In this document: piece by piece, positions 21,714 to 31,483 of the stretch
Position numbering within the stretch: position 1 is the stretch's first letter
Layout of the letters: each line of letters opens with the position of its first letter
Assembly: GCA_963849325.1 (NCBI GenBank)
Contig: CAWKHF010000002.1
Coordinates: 544,001-608,000 of the forward strand
Direction: 5' to 3'
Origin: an uncultured Planctomycetota bacterium
Lineage (GTDB): Bacteria > Planctomycetota > Planctomycetia > Gemmatales > Gemmataceae
DNA length: 64,000 bases
Translations under genes and position numbers: made by a program
Notes under the pieces: model-generated
What the model was told of the DNA's origin: nothing
What the model saw: the letters and a program-made list of their open reading frames with translations, nothing else
The model's database searches: none

Positions 21714-23789
21714 ATGAGAGGTCGTCACGGCTGCACGTGGGTGGCGATGGGGCTGGGACTGCTGGCCCCGCTGGGCTGTTCGTCGTGGAGGCCGGGCGGG
21801 ATCGAGTTGGTGAGCGAGACGGTGCTGCCGGCCCAACCCGCCGCGCCGACCCAACCCGCCGCGCCGAAGCCGAGTGAGCTATCTCCCCAGCAGTCCGCCC
21901 AATTGTGCCTGGCGGCCGCCGACGCGCTGGAGAAGAAGGGCTACGTCGCCGAGGCCGTTCGCCAGTACGAGAACGCGCGAACGCACGATCCGCACGCGAC
22001 ACTGGTGTCGCGCCACCTGGCCGTCCTTTACGATCAGCAAGGCGACGCCGCCCGCGCCGAGGCCGAATACCAGCGTGCCCTGCGCGAGCAGCCCGGCGAC
22101 GCGGAGCTGCTCAACGACGTGGGATATTTCCATTATCGGCACGACCGCGCAGGCCGCCGAGACCTGGCTGCGCAACGCCGTCACGGTCGATCCCAACTGC
22201 CGCTGTGCCTGGATCAATCTTGGCCGGGTGCTGGCCCAGCAGCAGCGTTTCGACGAGAGCTATCAGGCGTTCGCCCGTGTGCTAAGTCCGGCCGAGGCGC
22301 ACTCGAACCTCGGCGTCTTGCTGGCCAAGCAGGGCCGCATCGGCGAAGCGCGGACGGCGTTCCAGCGGGCGTTGTCGCTCGATCCCACGCTGAAGCAGCC
22401 GCAGGCGTTTTTGAACGCCCTGCCGCGAACTCCGTCGCTGTTGCCGCCGGGCATCACCCAGCATTCTCCATCGGCCCCGCCGAACGAAACGAGCACGGCG
22501 CCTCCGCCGGTAATTGTGTCCGCGCCGCCGCGTCCAACGATCGTCCCAGGGGTCGCGCCTCCGGCGCTTCGGACGGCGGCCTGTACCGCTCCATCGCCTT
22601 CGCCGGCTGCCAGCGTCACGCTGCCGGTGGTCTCAGGCGCTCCCACTGCGTTGACGCAAGCGCCGGTAGTGCTCCAACCACGGCTCATGCCGATCGCCGC
22701 GCCCCAGGCGCTGCCCGTGCGGACCCTCACCGGCGCTCTGCCTCCTCCTCCGCCCCAGCCGGCCGTCGTCCTTCAACAGCTGCCCGCGCCGATGGCCTCG
22801 CCCCCGCCGCGCGTCGCCGCCGGAGCCATGGCGCCGGCTCCCGCGGTCCTCTACGCCCCGTCGCCGGCCGCCCCAACCGCTCCGCCTTCTCCGCTGCCCC
22901 TGCCGGTCATCGTCTCTCCGCCCTCGCCGGCCGCTCAAGCGCGCCGCCGGTTTGTCCGGCTCCGCCGTCCGTCGCCGTCTCTCGACCGGACGTCCCGGCA
23001 GTCGGTTCGCCCGAGGATCTGATGGCTCGGTGCCAGGCGGCTTGGAAAAGCTGGGATTCCTTGCACTCGCAGGCGCTTGCCAGCCAATCTCCGGTGGCGG
23101 CCGCTTCGCCGGCGACGACCACTACCGCCCCGAACGCCGCCTCTACTTCGGTGGATGCTGCCAGCGGGCGAACGGCCCCCTCAACGGCCGTCGCCAGCGC
23201 CCCGCCGGTTCGGAGTCCAGCCTCTCCGTCACCGACGGTCGCGTACTCCCCACCGCCTCCCGTGGGCACGATGAAGCCCATGCCGGCCGGCGAGGGCAGT
23301 CCGCTCCCTGCGATTCGGACCACTCCCGCAGTCCCATCCTCGCCGACGGCACTTCGCGCCGCGCAGGCGGGGCCGACCCTGGCCTGCTCCCCGCCGTCTC
23401 CGCCGACCGCCGCCCCGGACGGACCTCCGCTCTTGCCCCTGCCGGCCGTCTCGACCGCGCCGCCCGCCGCCGCGAAGAGTACGCCGCCGGCGCCGATGAT
23501 CGTCAAGGCCAAGCAGCCTTCTCCTTCGCCGTCCCTCGCATGTACACCATCGTCCTCCCCGGCCCTGCCGGCACTGTGTGCCCTGCCGATACCGCCGCCG
23601 GCGCTGCTGTCTCGGAGTGTCCCTAACACCGCACTGCCGCAGCTGCATGCAGCGGTCTCACCCGCCGTCGAGGGCGCCGCTCCGGCAGAGAGCCGGCCGC
23701 CGAAGGTCATTCTCGTCGATTGCGAAAGCGATGCGGAAAAACGCGCCGGAGACAAAACCGAGGTGCGACCATCCGAGCCGCGACCGTAA
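21714..23789 (+). CDS. TPR lipoprotein (TadD/pilotin-like) with a long Pro/Ala-rich tail; frameshifts near 22150 and 22935
   Basis: Lipobox LAPLGC, TPRs (NDVGY, INLG, SNLGVLL), then low-complexity P/A/S sequence. Confidence 0.7.
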   Translation: MRGRHGCTWVAMGLGLLAPLGCSSWRPGGIELVSETVLPAQPAAPTQPAAPKPSELSPQQSAQLCLAAADALEKKGYVAEAVRQYENARTHDPHATLVSRHLAVLYDQQGDAARAEAEYQRALREQPGDAELLNDVGYFHYRHDRAGRRDLAAQRRHGRSQLPLCLDQSWPGAGPAAAFRRELSGVRPCAKSGRGALEPRRLAGQAGPHRRSADGVPAGVVARSHAEAAAGVFERPAANSVAVAAGHHPAFSIGPAERNEHGASAGNCVRAAASNDRPRGRASGASDGGLYRSIAFAGCQRHAAGGLRRSHCVDASAGSAPTTAHADRRAPGAARADPHRRSASSSAPAGRRPSTAARADGLAPAARRRRSHGAGSRGPLRPVAGRPNRSAFSAAPAGHRLSALAGRSSAPPVCPAPPSVAVSRPDVPAVGSPEDLMARCQAAWKSWDSLHSQALASQSPVAAASPATTTTAPNAASTSVDAASGRTAPSTAVASAPPVRSPASPSPTVAYSPPPPVGTMKPMPAGEGSPLPAIRTTPAVPSSPTALRAAQAGPTLACSPPSPPTAAPDGPPLLPLPAVSTAPPAAAKSTPPAPMIVKAKQPSPSPSLACTPSSSPALPALCALPIPPPALLSRSVPNTALPQLHAAVSPAVEGAAPAESRPPKVILVDCESDAEKRAGDKTEVRPSEPRP

Positions 23790-23835
23790 GGGAGCGATGG
23801 AAACCCGCGCTCCCTTACGGTCGCGGCTCGGATGG
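23769..23835. repeat. REPIN-like palindrome with perfect 28-bp arms, shared by two convergent gene ends
   Basis: CCATCCGAGCCGCGACCGTAAGGGAGCG at 23769-23796 and its reverse complement at 23808-23835. Confidence 0.9.
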
Positions 23836-25961
23836 CCTCAGCCGCCCCATCCACAGCCCGCCCACCATGCCGCCCAGCGCCGCCGCCGCCAGCCACGACA
23901 GCGGCAGGTGCTCCGAGGCCGCTACTCCGCCGAGTTCACCCAGGCGCGGCTGATAATAGCCGAGCAGAACGAGGCTGCCATTGTGCAAAGCGTGCAGCAG
24001 CACGCCCGGCCAAACGCTGCCCGTCTGCCAGCACGTCCAGCCGAGAACGAGGCCAAGCAGGAAACTCGGCACGAAGCGCTCGACGACCAACGTGCCGGCC
24101 AGGATCAGGTGGAATAGGGCAAACAGAAGCGCCGAAACCAGGATGGCCGCCCCCGGCCGCAAGGCGCTGAGCAAGGCGCCGAAAAGATAGCCACGGAAAA
24201 AGAGTTCCTCCAGCACGGCCGGCAGCACGGCGACGACGAGCAGGACGAACGCCGGCGGCAGCGTTTCCCACTGCCGGAGCATCGCTTGCACGCCCTCCAG
24301 CTGCTTCGCCGACAGGGTCGTCACGCCGGCGTTCCGCAGCAGCCGGGCCATCTCGTGGACCCACGGCCACAGCGACAAGCCGAGCAGCGCCGACGCCCCG
24401 CAGGCCGACCAACTCGGCCGACCCAGGCGAAAGGCCGACGACAACCAGAGCCGCCCCCACCACGCCGCCACGAGCGGAAAGCCGCCGAACAGCAGCACGT
24501 TGGCCAGGGCCAGGCACAGAAGCAGCGAAGCGATCGACCCCTCTTCCCAACGGGCCAGCAGACCGTGGGTGACGAAGGCGGACGGAAACAACAGCGCCAC
24601 GCACAGCAGGGCCGCCGAGGGCGTAGCCGTGGCGTGTTGTTCGTGCGGCCGGCGCACCAGGTCAGCCCAGCCTCCCGGCTGGCTGTACAACACGGCCTCG
24701 GCGGTAAAGACGCGGGCCGCCACGGCCAGCGCGGCCAGGGCGTACAACAAGGTCGCCGCCACCACGACGACGGCCAACACGGGGTTGGCCTCGCCCTCCA
24801 GCAGATCGCGCGTCAGCAGGGCGATGTTGATAAGGGGGGCCACGGCCAGCGGTCCTTGCAGCCGCACGCCTGGCACCAGACTCAGAATGCCGGGCATCAG
24901 GGCCAGCAGCATGAGCGGCACCAGGTACGCCTGCGCCTCCTTGAAGCTGCGAGCGAAGCTGGTCAACACCAGCAGCACGGCGGAGAAGAACGCCGCGAAC
25001 AACAGCAGCAAGGCCAGCACTTCCACGAACACCAGCGGCGAGAGGACGTCCTTGCCGAACAACACCTCGCCCACGCCGGTGAGGTAAAGAGTGACGCTCA
25101 TCGTGCCGAGGTTGACCAGGGCTGTCAGCATGGCCACGGTGAGGACGGCGACATACTTGGCGAACAGGATGCTCAAACGCGGCACCGGAGCGGCGGCCAG
25201 GATCTCCAGCGTGCCGCGCTCGCGTTCGCCCGCCGTCACGTCGATGGCTGGGTAAACCGCCCCCGTGATGGTCATGAGGATGAGGATGAGTGGCACCAGC
25301 CCCGGCAGCAGCGCCGGCCGATGCGGCCGCGGATCGTGCAGGGCGATCGGTCGCGGCAGCACCGGCGCGTCCCTCTGACGGATGCGCAGCCAGAACAAGC
25401 GCGTACTGAGAAAACGGGCGTTGGCCGCGGCGCACACCTTCTCCACATAGCGCATTGCCTCCAGGGCGTTGGCGGAGTCCTCGCGGTAAAGCACCTCCCA
25501 GTCCACGGCCAAGTTGTGGTCCGGGTGAAGACGGAAAGGTCCGGGCGGTCGGACACGGATGGCCACATCCACTTGTCCATCCATTACTTCCTTTTCGGGG
25601 TCTTCTAAGTATTCAAAGCGCAATTCGGGTTCCGGCTGCTCGTGGGGTGCCGGCGCCGTCTGGCCGTCGTCGCGTTCGGACGGCGTCTTTCGCTGCTGGA
25701 GAAGCAACTGACCCAGGCGCAGATACTCCCTCACCGAGCCGCCCTCGTCGCCTGGTTGGACGGCGACGAGGTAGACCGTCTGTCCCGGCTGGGTCAGGTT
25801 ACTCAGCAGGAACGTCCGCAGGGCGACGCCCAGGAGCGGGTACAACAGCAGCGGCATCAGCACCAGCGTGAGGATCGTGCGGCGATCGCGCAGGACCTCG
25901 TTCAGCTCCTTGCGCACCAGACGGCGCAGCAAGCCCAGGCGGGGGAAGAGCGACGCGGTAC

Positions 25962-25965
<4 letters not shown>
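23815..25965 (-). CDS. NatB-like ABC permease fused to a CPBP (CAAX/Abi) intramembrane protease
   Basis: Motifs RKELNEVLRDRRT, AGERERGTLE and ARSFKEAQ; CPBP motifs EELFFRG, FALFH and HALHN. Confidence 0.88.
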
Positions 25966-26735
<770 letters not shown>

Positions 26736-26837
26736 CACGGGGCCTTTCGTCAGGAGACGGCGCGGCTTCTTCCCTTTCCATTCTATGTGGTGCCGCCGTC
26801 CGTTCGCCCTGCGGCAAGCCACCCGGAGACCCTTGCG

Positions 26838-28079
26838 ATGGACGCGACGCCCTTCTACAGTGACGGCATGCTCGTCGTCGCGTGGACCGTGTTTCTGCTC
26901 GTCATGCTGTTTCTGCTGGGCAGCTGCGTCGGCAGTTTTCTCAATGTGTGCATTGTTCGCCTGCCGCAAGGCCGCAGCCTGATGCACCCCGGCTCGTGCT
27001 GTGGAAACTGCCACAAACCCATCCGCATCAAGGACAACTTGCCGCTGCTCAGTTATTGGCTTCTCCGAGGCCGCTGCCGCGCCTGCGGCGCACCGTTCTC
27101 GATGCGCTATTTCTGGATCGAGTTGCTGACCGGACTCGTCTTCGTGCTGATCTATCACCTGGAGATCGGCTGGAACGTCCACCACCTCGACCTGTGGCAC
27201 GGCAGCGGCTACGAATATCTGGAAGCGGGCAACTTTCCGCCCTACTCGTGGTCGCTCTTCATCATTCACGCCGTCCTGGCTTGCTTTCTGATCGTGGCGA
27301 CGATGACGAACCGGGAGCAGCACCAGGTGCCGCATTCCGTGACGTATCTCGGCGTCCTGTCGGGATTGGTTGCGGCGCTGCTCTGTCCGTGGCCGTGGCC
27401 CAACCTTCCGGCCCAGGCCGTCACAGGGCCGACCGATGGAGGGCCGATCTTCGGGCGCGTGAACAAACCGTATGTGTGGGGGCCGCACGTCGGGGCCATG
27501 CCCGCCGACAGCCCGTGGTGGCAGGGTGACGTTACGCCGCAGGCCGGCCTGTATCCCTGGCCGGTCTGGGGTCCGCTGCCGGACGGGCTGCCGCCGGGGG
27601 GTTGGCGATTGGGCGCGATGTCCGGCCTGGCCGGCGTTCTTACCGGGGCGATCCTCATGGTACTGGTTCGGCTACTGTTCAACACCGGCTCCGGCGCCAC
27701 GGTCGTGGGATGGGGCGAAACGAGCCTGATGATGATCGCCGGCGCCTTCCTGGGCTGGCAACCTGTGGTCGTCGCCGTGCTCGTCGGCCTGGTTCCGGGG
27801 TTGATCGCCGCCGGGGTGCAAAGGGTCGTGCGGAGACGGTCCCAGGTAACGTTCAGTCTTTGGATGGCGCTGGCGGTCGCGGCGGTCTGCCTGGGCTGGT
27901 ACTGGATCGGCCCACTCGTGCAAGGGTTGTTCTTCCATGCGAGCCGGCTGCTGCTGTTGACCGTGGGCTATGGGGTGGGGCTTGTGACGTTCGCTCTCTG
28001 CCTGCGGGCGTTCGCTACGTTTCGTCGCGACGCGCCGCGGAGCGTGGCCGTCCCGCGCTCCGCGGCGCGTCGCGGCTAA
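26838..28079 (+). CDS. Prepilin peptidase (A24, PilD-like)
   Basis: GSFLNVCIVRLP, Zn motifs CGNC and CRAC, multiple TMs. The positions of the expected catalytic Asp residues read TMTNRE and GWGET, so it may be non-canonical. Confidence 0.8.
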   Translation: MDATPFYSDGMLVVAWTVFLLVMLFLLGSCVGSFLNVCIVRLPQGRSLMHPGSCCGNCHKPIRIKDNLPLLSYWLLRGRCRACGAPFSMRYFWIELLTGLVFVLIYHLEIGWNVHHLDLWHGSGYEYLEAGNFPPYSWSLFIIHAVLACFLIVATMTNREQHQVPHSVTYLGVLSGLVAALLCPWPWPNLPAQAVTGPTDGGPIFGRVNKPYVWGPHVGAMPADSPWWQGDVTPQAGLYPWPVWGPLPDGLPPGGWRLGAMSGLAGVLTGAILMVLVRLLFNTGSGATVVGWGETSLMMIAGAFLGWQPVVVAVLVGLVPGLIAAGVQRVVRRRSQVTFSLWMALAVAAVCLGWYWIGPLVQGLFFHASRLLLLTVGYGVGLVTFALCLRAFATFRRDAPRSVAVPRSAARRG

Positions 28080-28081
28080 AC
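28019..28081. repeat. REPIN-like palindrome (GTTTAGCCGCGACGCG family) encoding the peptidase C-terminus and stop
   Basis: CGCGACGCGCCGCGGAGCG / CGCTCCGCGGCGCGTCGCG. Confidence 0.8.
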
Positions 28082-28097
28082 TTAGGGGGTACAGATC

Positions 28098-29477
28098 ATG
28101 AGCCAGAAAACCTGGGGCGGCCGTTTCAGCGGCGACACGGACAACCGCGTCGAGGCGTTCACCGAATCCATCAGCCTCGATCGTCGCCTCTACCGGCACG
28201 ACATCCGCGCCAGCCAGGCCCACGCCCACATGCTCGCCGAGGTCGGCCTGCTCGGCGCCGACGAGGCCGCCGCCATCGTCGCCGCGCTCGACGCCATCGG
28301 CACCGACATCGAGCGCGGCGCCTTCACTTTCTCCGTCCAGCTCGAAGACATCCACACCCACATCGAACGCGCCCTGATCGAGCGTCTGGGCGATGTCGGC
28401 CGCAAGCTGCACACCGGCCGCAGTCGCAACGACCAGGTCGTCACCGACGTCAAATTGTGGCTCCGCGACGCCCTCGACGGCATGGACGGCCAACTGCGCG
28501 AGCTGCAAGTCGCCCTGCTCGGTGCCGCCGAGCGCAACCGCGATCTTGTGCTGCCCGGCTACACTCACCTGCAGCGCGCCCAGCCGGTGCTGGCGGCGCA
28601 CTACTTCCTCGCCTACATCGAGAAGTACCAGCGCGACCGCGACCGCCTGGCCGACTGCCGCCGCCGCGTCAACGTGCTGCCGCTGGGCGCCGCCGCCCTG
28701 GCCGGCACGTCGCTGCCCATCGACCGCGACAGCGTGCGTCGCCGCCTCGGCTTCGACACCCTGGCCGCCAACAGTCTCGACATCTCCAGCGACCGCGATT
28801 TCCTGCTTGAATTCGTCTTCGACTTATCGGTCGTCGCCCTGCATCTGAGCGGTTGGGCCGAGGAGTGGGTGCTGTGGACGACGACGGAGTTCGGCTTTCT
28901 CGACCTGCCCGACGCCTTCTGCACTGGATCGAGCATCATGCCGCACAAGAAGAACCCCGATGTGCTGGAGTTGATCCGCGGCAAGGCGGCGCGGGTGGTG
29001 GCGGATTTGCAGCAACTACTGATCCTGGTGAAAGGGCTGCCCCTGGCTTACAATCGAGATTTGCAGGAGGACAAGGCCGCCCTGTTCGATGCCCATGACA
29101 CAGTGTCGGCCTCGCTGGAGCTGGCTGCCGCCCTGGTGCGCGAGAGCCGCTTTCGCGCCGACGCGATCGCCGCTCGCCTGGAGGACGGCTATCTCGACGC
29201 CACGACGCTAATGGAGTTTTGCATCGCGCAGGGTGTGCCGATGCGAGCGGCGCACGAGGCAGTTGGCAAGCTGGTGCGTCTGTGTGAGGAACGCCGCTGT
29301 CGCCTGGCCGAATTGCCGCCCGAGGTCTATGAAAGTGTGTGCTCCGGCCTGTCCGCCGGGGTATACAAGGTATTAGGGGTCGCCAACGCCCTGGCCGCTT
29401 TCCGAAGCGCCGGTTCGACGGCGCCGGCGGAAGTCGATGGCCAGCTAGTCCTGTGGCGACAGAGACTATCGCCGTGA
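28098..29477 (+). CDS. argH: Argininosuccinate lyase
   Basis: Motifs [40 protein letters not shown] and YNRDLQEDK. Confidence 0.97.
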   Translation: MSQKTWGGRFSGDTDNRVEAFTESISLDRRLYRHDIRASQAHAHMLAEVGLLGADEAAAIVAALDAIGTDIERGAFTFSVQLEDIHTHIERALIERLGDVGRKLHTGRSRNDQVVTDVKLWLRDALDGMDGQLRELQVALLGAAERNRDLVLPGYTHLQRAQPVLAAHYFLAYIEKYQRDRDRLADCRRRVNVLPLGAAALAGTSLPIDRDSVRRRLGFDTLAANSLDISSDRDFLLEFVFDLSVVALHLSGWAEEWVLWTTTEFGFLDLPDAFCTGSSIMPHKKNPDVLELIRGKAARVVADLQQLLILVKGLPLAYNRDLQEDKAALFDAHDTVSASLELAAALVRESRFRADAIAARLEDGYLDATTLMEFCIAQGVPMRAAHEAVGKLVRLCEERRCRLAELPPEVYESVCSGLSAGVYKVLGVANALAAFRSAGSTAPAEVDGQLVLWRQRLSP

Positions 29478-29518
29478 GAATGTTCACGGAAGGGAGTAGA
29501 CGTTCTCGTGGCTTTTCG

Positions 29519-30079
29519 GTAGCCCAGCCCTTCAGGGCTGGGACGGAGAAGAGGGGTTATCTTCATGGGATTGCCGCTTCAGCGGCTCCGTGCGGGCTTC
29601 AGCCCGCGCCGACGTGGAGAGCCTCTCATGTCTCACGTGTTTCATCAGTTGTACTACCATTTTGTTTGGGCGACCCATGATCGGCAGCCTTTGCTGGTTC
29701 CCGATCTGCGGCCGGACCTGCTGCGAATACAGGCCGAGGAGGTCGCCCATCGCGGCGGCATCCTGATTCGCCAAAACTGCGTCACGGACCACATGCACTT
29801 GCTCGTTCGCCTGACCCCGAACATTCTGGTTTCCGACTTTATTGGACAGGTCAAAGGGGCCGCGTGTTATCGCTCAAGGCTTTGCAACGCGATTCCGGAA
29901 AGTGGTAATGCTGGTCCGAAGCTAGCGTGACGAAGTGGAATTCCGTATTCACAGGCGCACACATCGCACATTTGCGTGCTGGAGATGTTAGCGATTGCAG
30001 AAGCGGGCTGAAGCCCCTGAAGCCGCTAAAGCGGCTAAACGAAGAGAAAATTGCCGTCCCAGCCCTGAACTCCGGGCTG
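29519..30079. mobile_element. REPtron-like locus: Y1 transposase remnant flanked by inverted arrays of three REP hairpins
   Basis: Left: GTAG+CCCAGCCC-TTCA-GGGCTGGG, GCCGC-TTCA-GCGGC and GCGGGC-TTCA-GCCCGC. Right (30003-30069): the same motifs in inverted order. Confidence 0.7.
29628..29930 (+). pseudogene. tnpA: IS200/RAYT-like Y1 HUH transposase, C-terminally truncated
   Basis: LYYHFVWAT, HUH motif DHMHLL and GQVKG are present. I found no downstream WQ..Y / catalytic-Tyr region. Confidence 0.75.
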
Positions 30080-30112
30080 CCATTTTTACCATCGGAAAGC
30101 GTTGATACGGTC

Positions 30113-31397
30113 ATGGATCACTTTCACTACCGCAACCGCATACTTCACTGCGAAGACGTGCCCGTCCGCCAGCTGGCCGACCTCTACGGCACGCCGCTGT
30201 TCGTCTACAGCAAGGCGACGCTGTTGCACCATCTCCGCCAGTTGCAGAAAGCCTTCGCCGTGGTTGAGCCGCTGATCTGCTACAGCCTCAAGACCAACGG
30301 CAATCTGCACCTCTGCCGTACTCTGGCCGACTCCGGCGCCGGCTTCGACGTGACCAGCGGCGGCGAACTGTATCGGGCGCTCCACGCCGGCGGAGTCGGC
30401 GAGAAAATCGTCTTCGCCGGCGTCGGCAAGACCGACGCCGAGATTCGCTACGCCCTGGAAAACAACGTCTTTCTCTTCAACGTCGAGAGCGAGGAAGAAC
30501 TGCACAACCTCGCCGAGGTGGCCCGCGGCGTCGGCAAGACTGCCGGCGCCGCCCTGCGCGTCAATCCCGACCTGCCGCCCAAGACGCACGCCAAGACCGA
30601 CACCAGCGTCAAGGGCGTCAAGTTCGGACTCGACATCGACACCATCCTGGATGCGGCCCAGGGCGTCGTCGGCAACCCGCACGTCCGCGTCATCGGCCTG
30701 CACATGCACCTCGGCTCGCCCATCCTGAATACGAAGCCCTATCAGGAAGGCGTGACGAAGGGACTGAGCCTCATCGAACGCCTGCGCGAACAGGGACATC
30801 CGATCGAGCGTCTTGAACATGGGCGGCGGTTTCGGCATCCACTATCGCAAGCAGGAGGCGCAGCCGGCCCAGGCGTTCGCCGATGTCATCGTGCCGGCCG
30901 CACAGAAGGCGAAGTGCCGGCTGGTGCTCGAACCAGGCCGCTTCCTCGTCGGCAACGCCGGCGTCCTGGTCAGCCGCGTGCTCTTCACCAAGGAGTCGGG
31001 CGGCAAACATTTTCTCATCCAGGATGCCGCCATGAACGATCTGATTCGTCCGACATTGTACGATTCGTTCCACCGTATCTGGCCGGCCGAGCCGCCCGAG
31101 GGCGTGCCGGCCCCGCCGGACGATTACGAAGCCGACATTCCCAACACCCTCAAGCAGGACGTCGTCGGACCTGTGTGCGAGTCAGGCGACTTTTTGGCCA
31201 AGGAACGGCGTCTGCCCGGCCTGAAGCGCGGCGACGTGCTGGTCACGTTCAGCGCCGGCGCCTATGGCATGGCGATGAGTTCCAACTACAACAGTCGGCC
31301 GCGTGCGGCCGAGGTGCTGGTCGATGGTGGCCTGCATCGGCTGATCCGTCGCCGCGAGACTTACGAAGACCTGGTGCGACCTGAGATCGAGGTATGA
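30113..31397 (+). CDS. lysA: Diaminopimelate decarboxylase; frameshift near 30812
   Basis: Motifs YSLKTN, DVTSGGE, HMHLGS, GGGFG, EPGR, CESGD and SSNYN. Confidence 0.95.
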
Positions 31398-31398
31398 T

Positions 31399-31463
31399 GG
31401 CGAACGGCCGGCGTAAACCGGCTGGTCAGGCACCCACCAGCCGGCTTACGCCGGCCGTTCGCC
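31399..31463. repeat. REPIN-like palindrome (GAACGGCCGGCGTAA family)
   Basis: 28-bp arms with 1 mismatch. Confidence 0.8.
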
Positions 31464-31483
31464 GACGAAGAAGAGGCCCCATC

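Noticed and set aside
22430-23700. Pro/Ala-rich region as a tandem repeat or hidden RNA
   Set aside because: Low-complexity coding sequence; I could not identify a regular nucleotide period.
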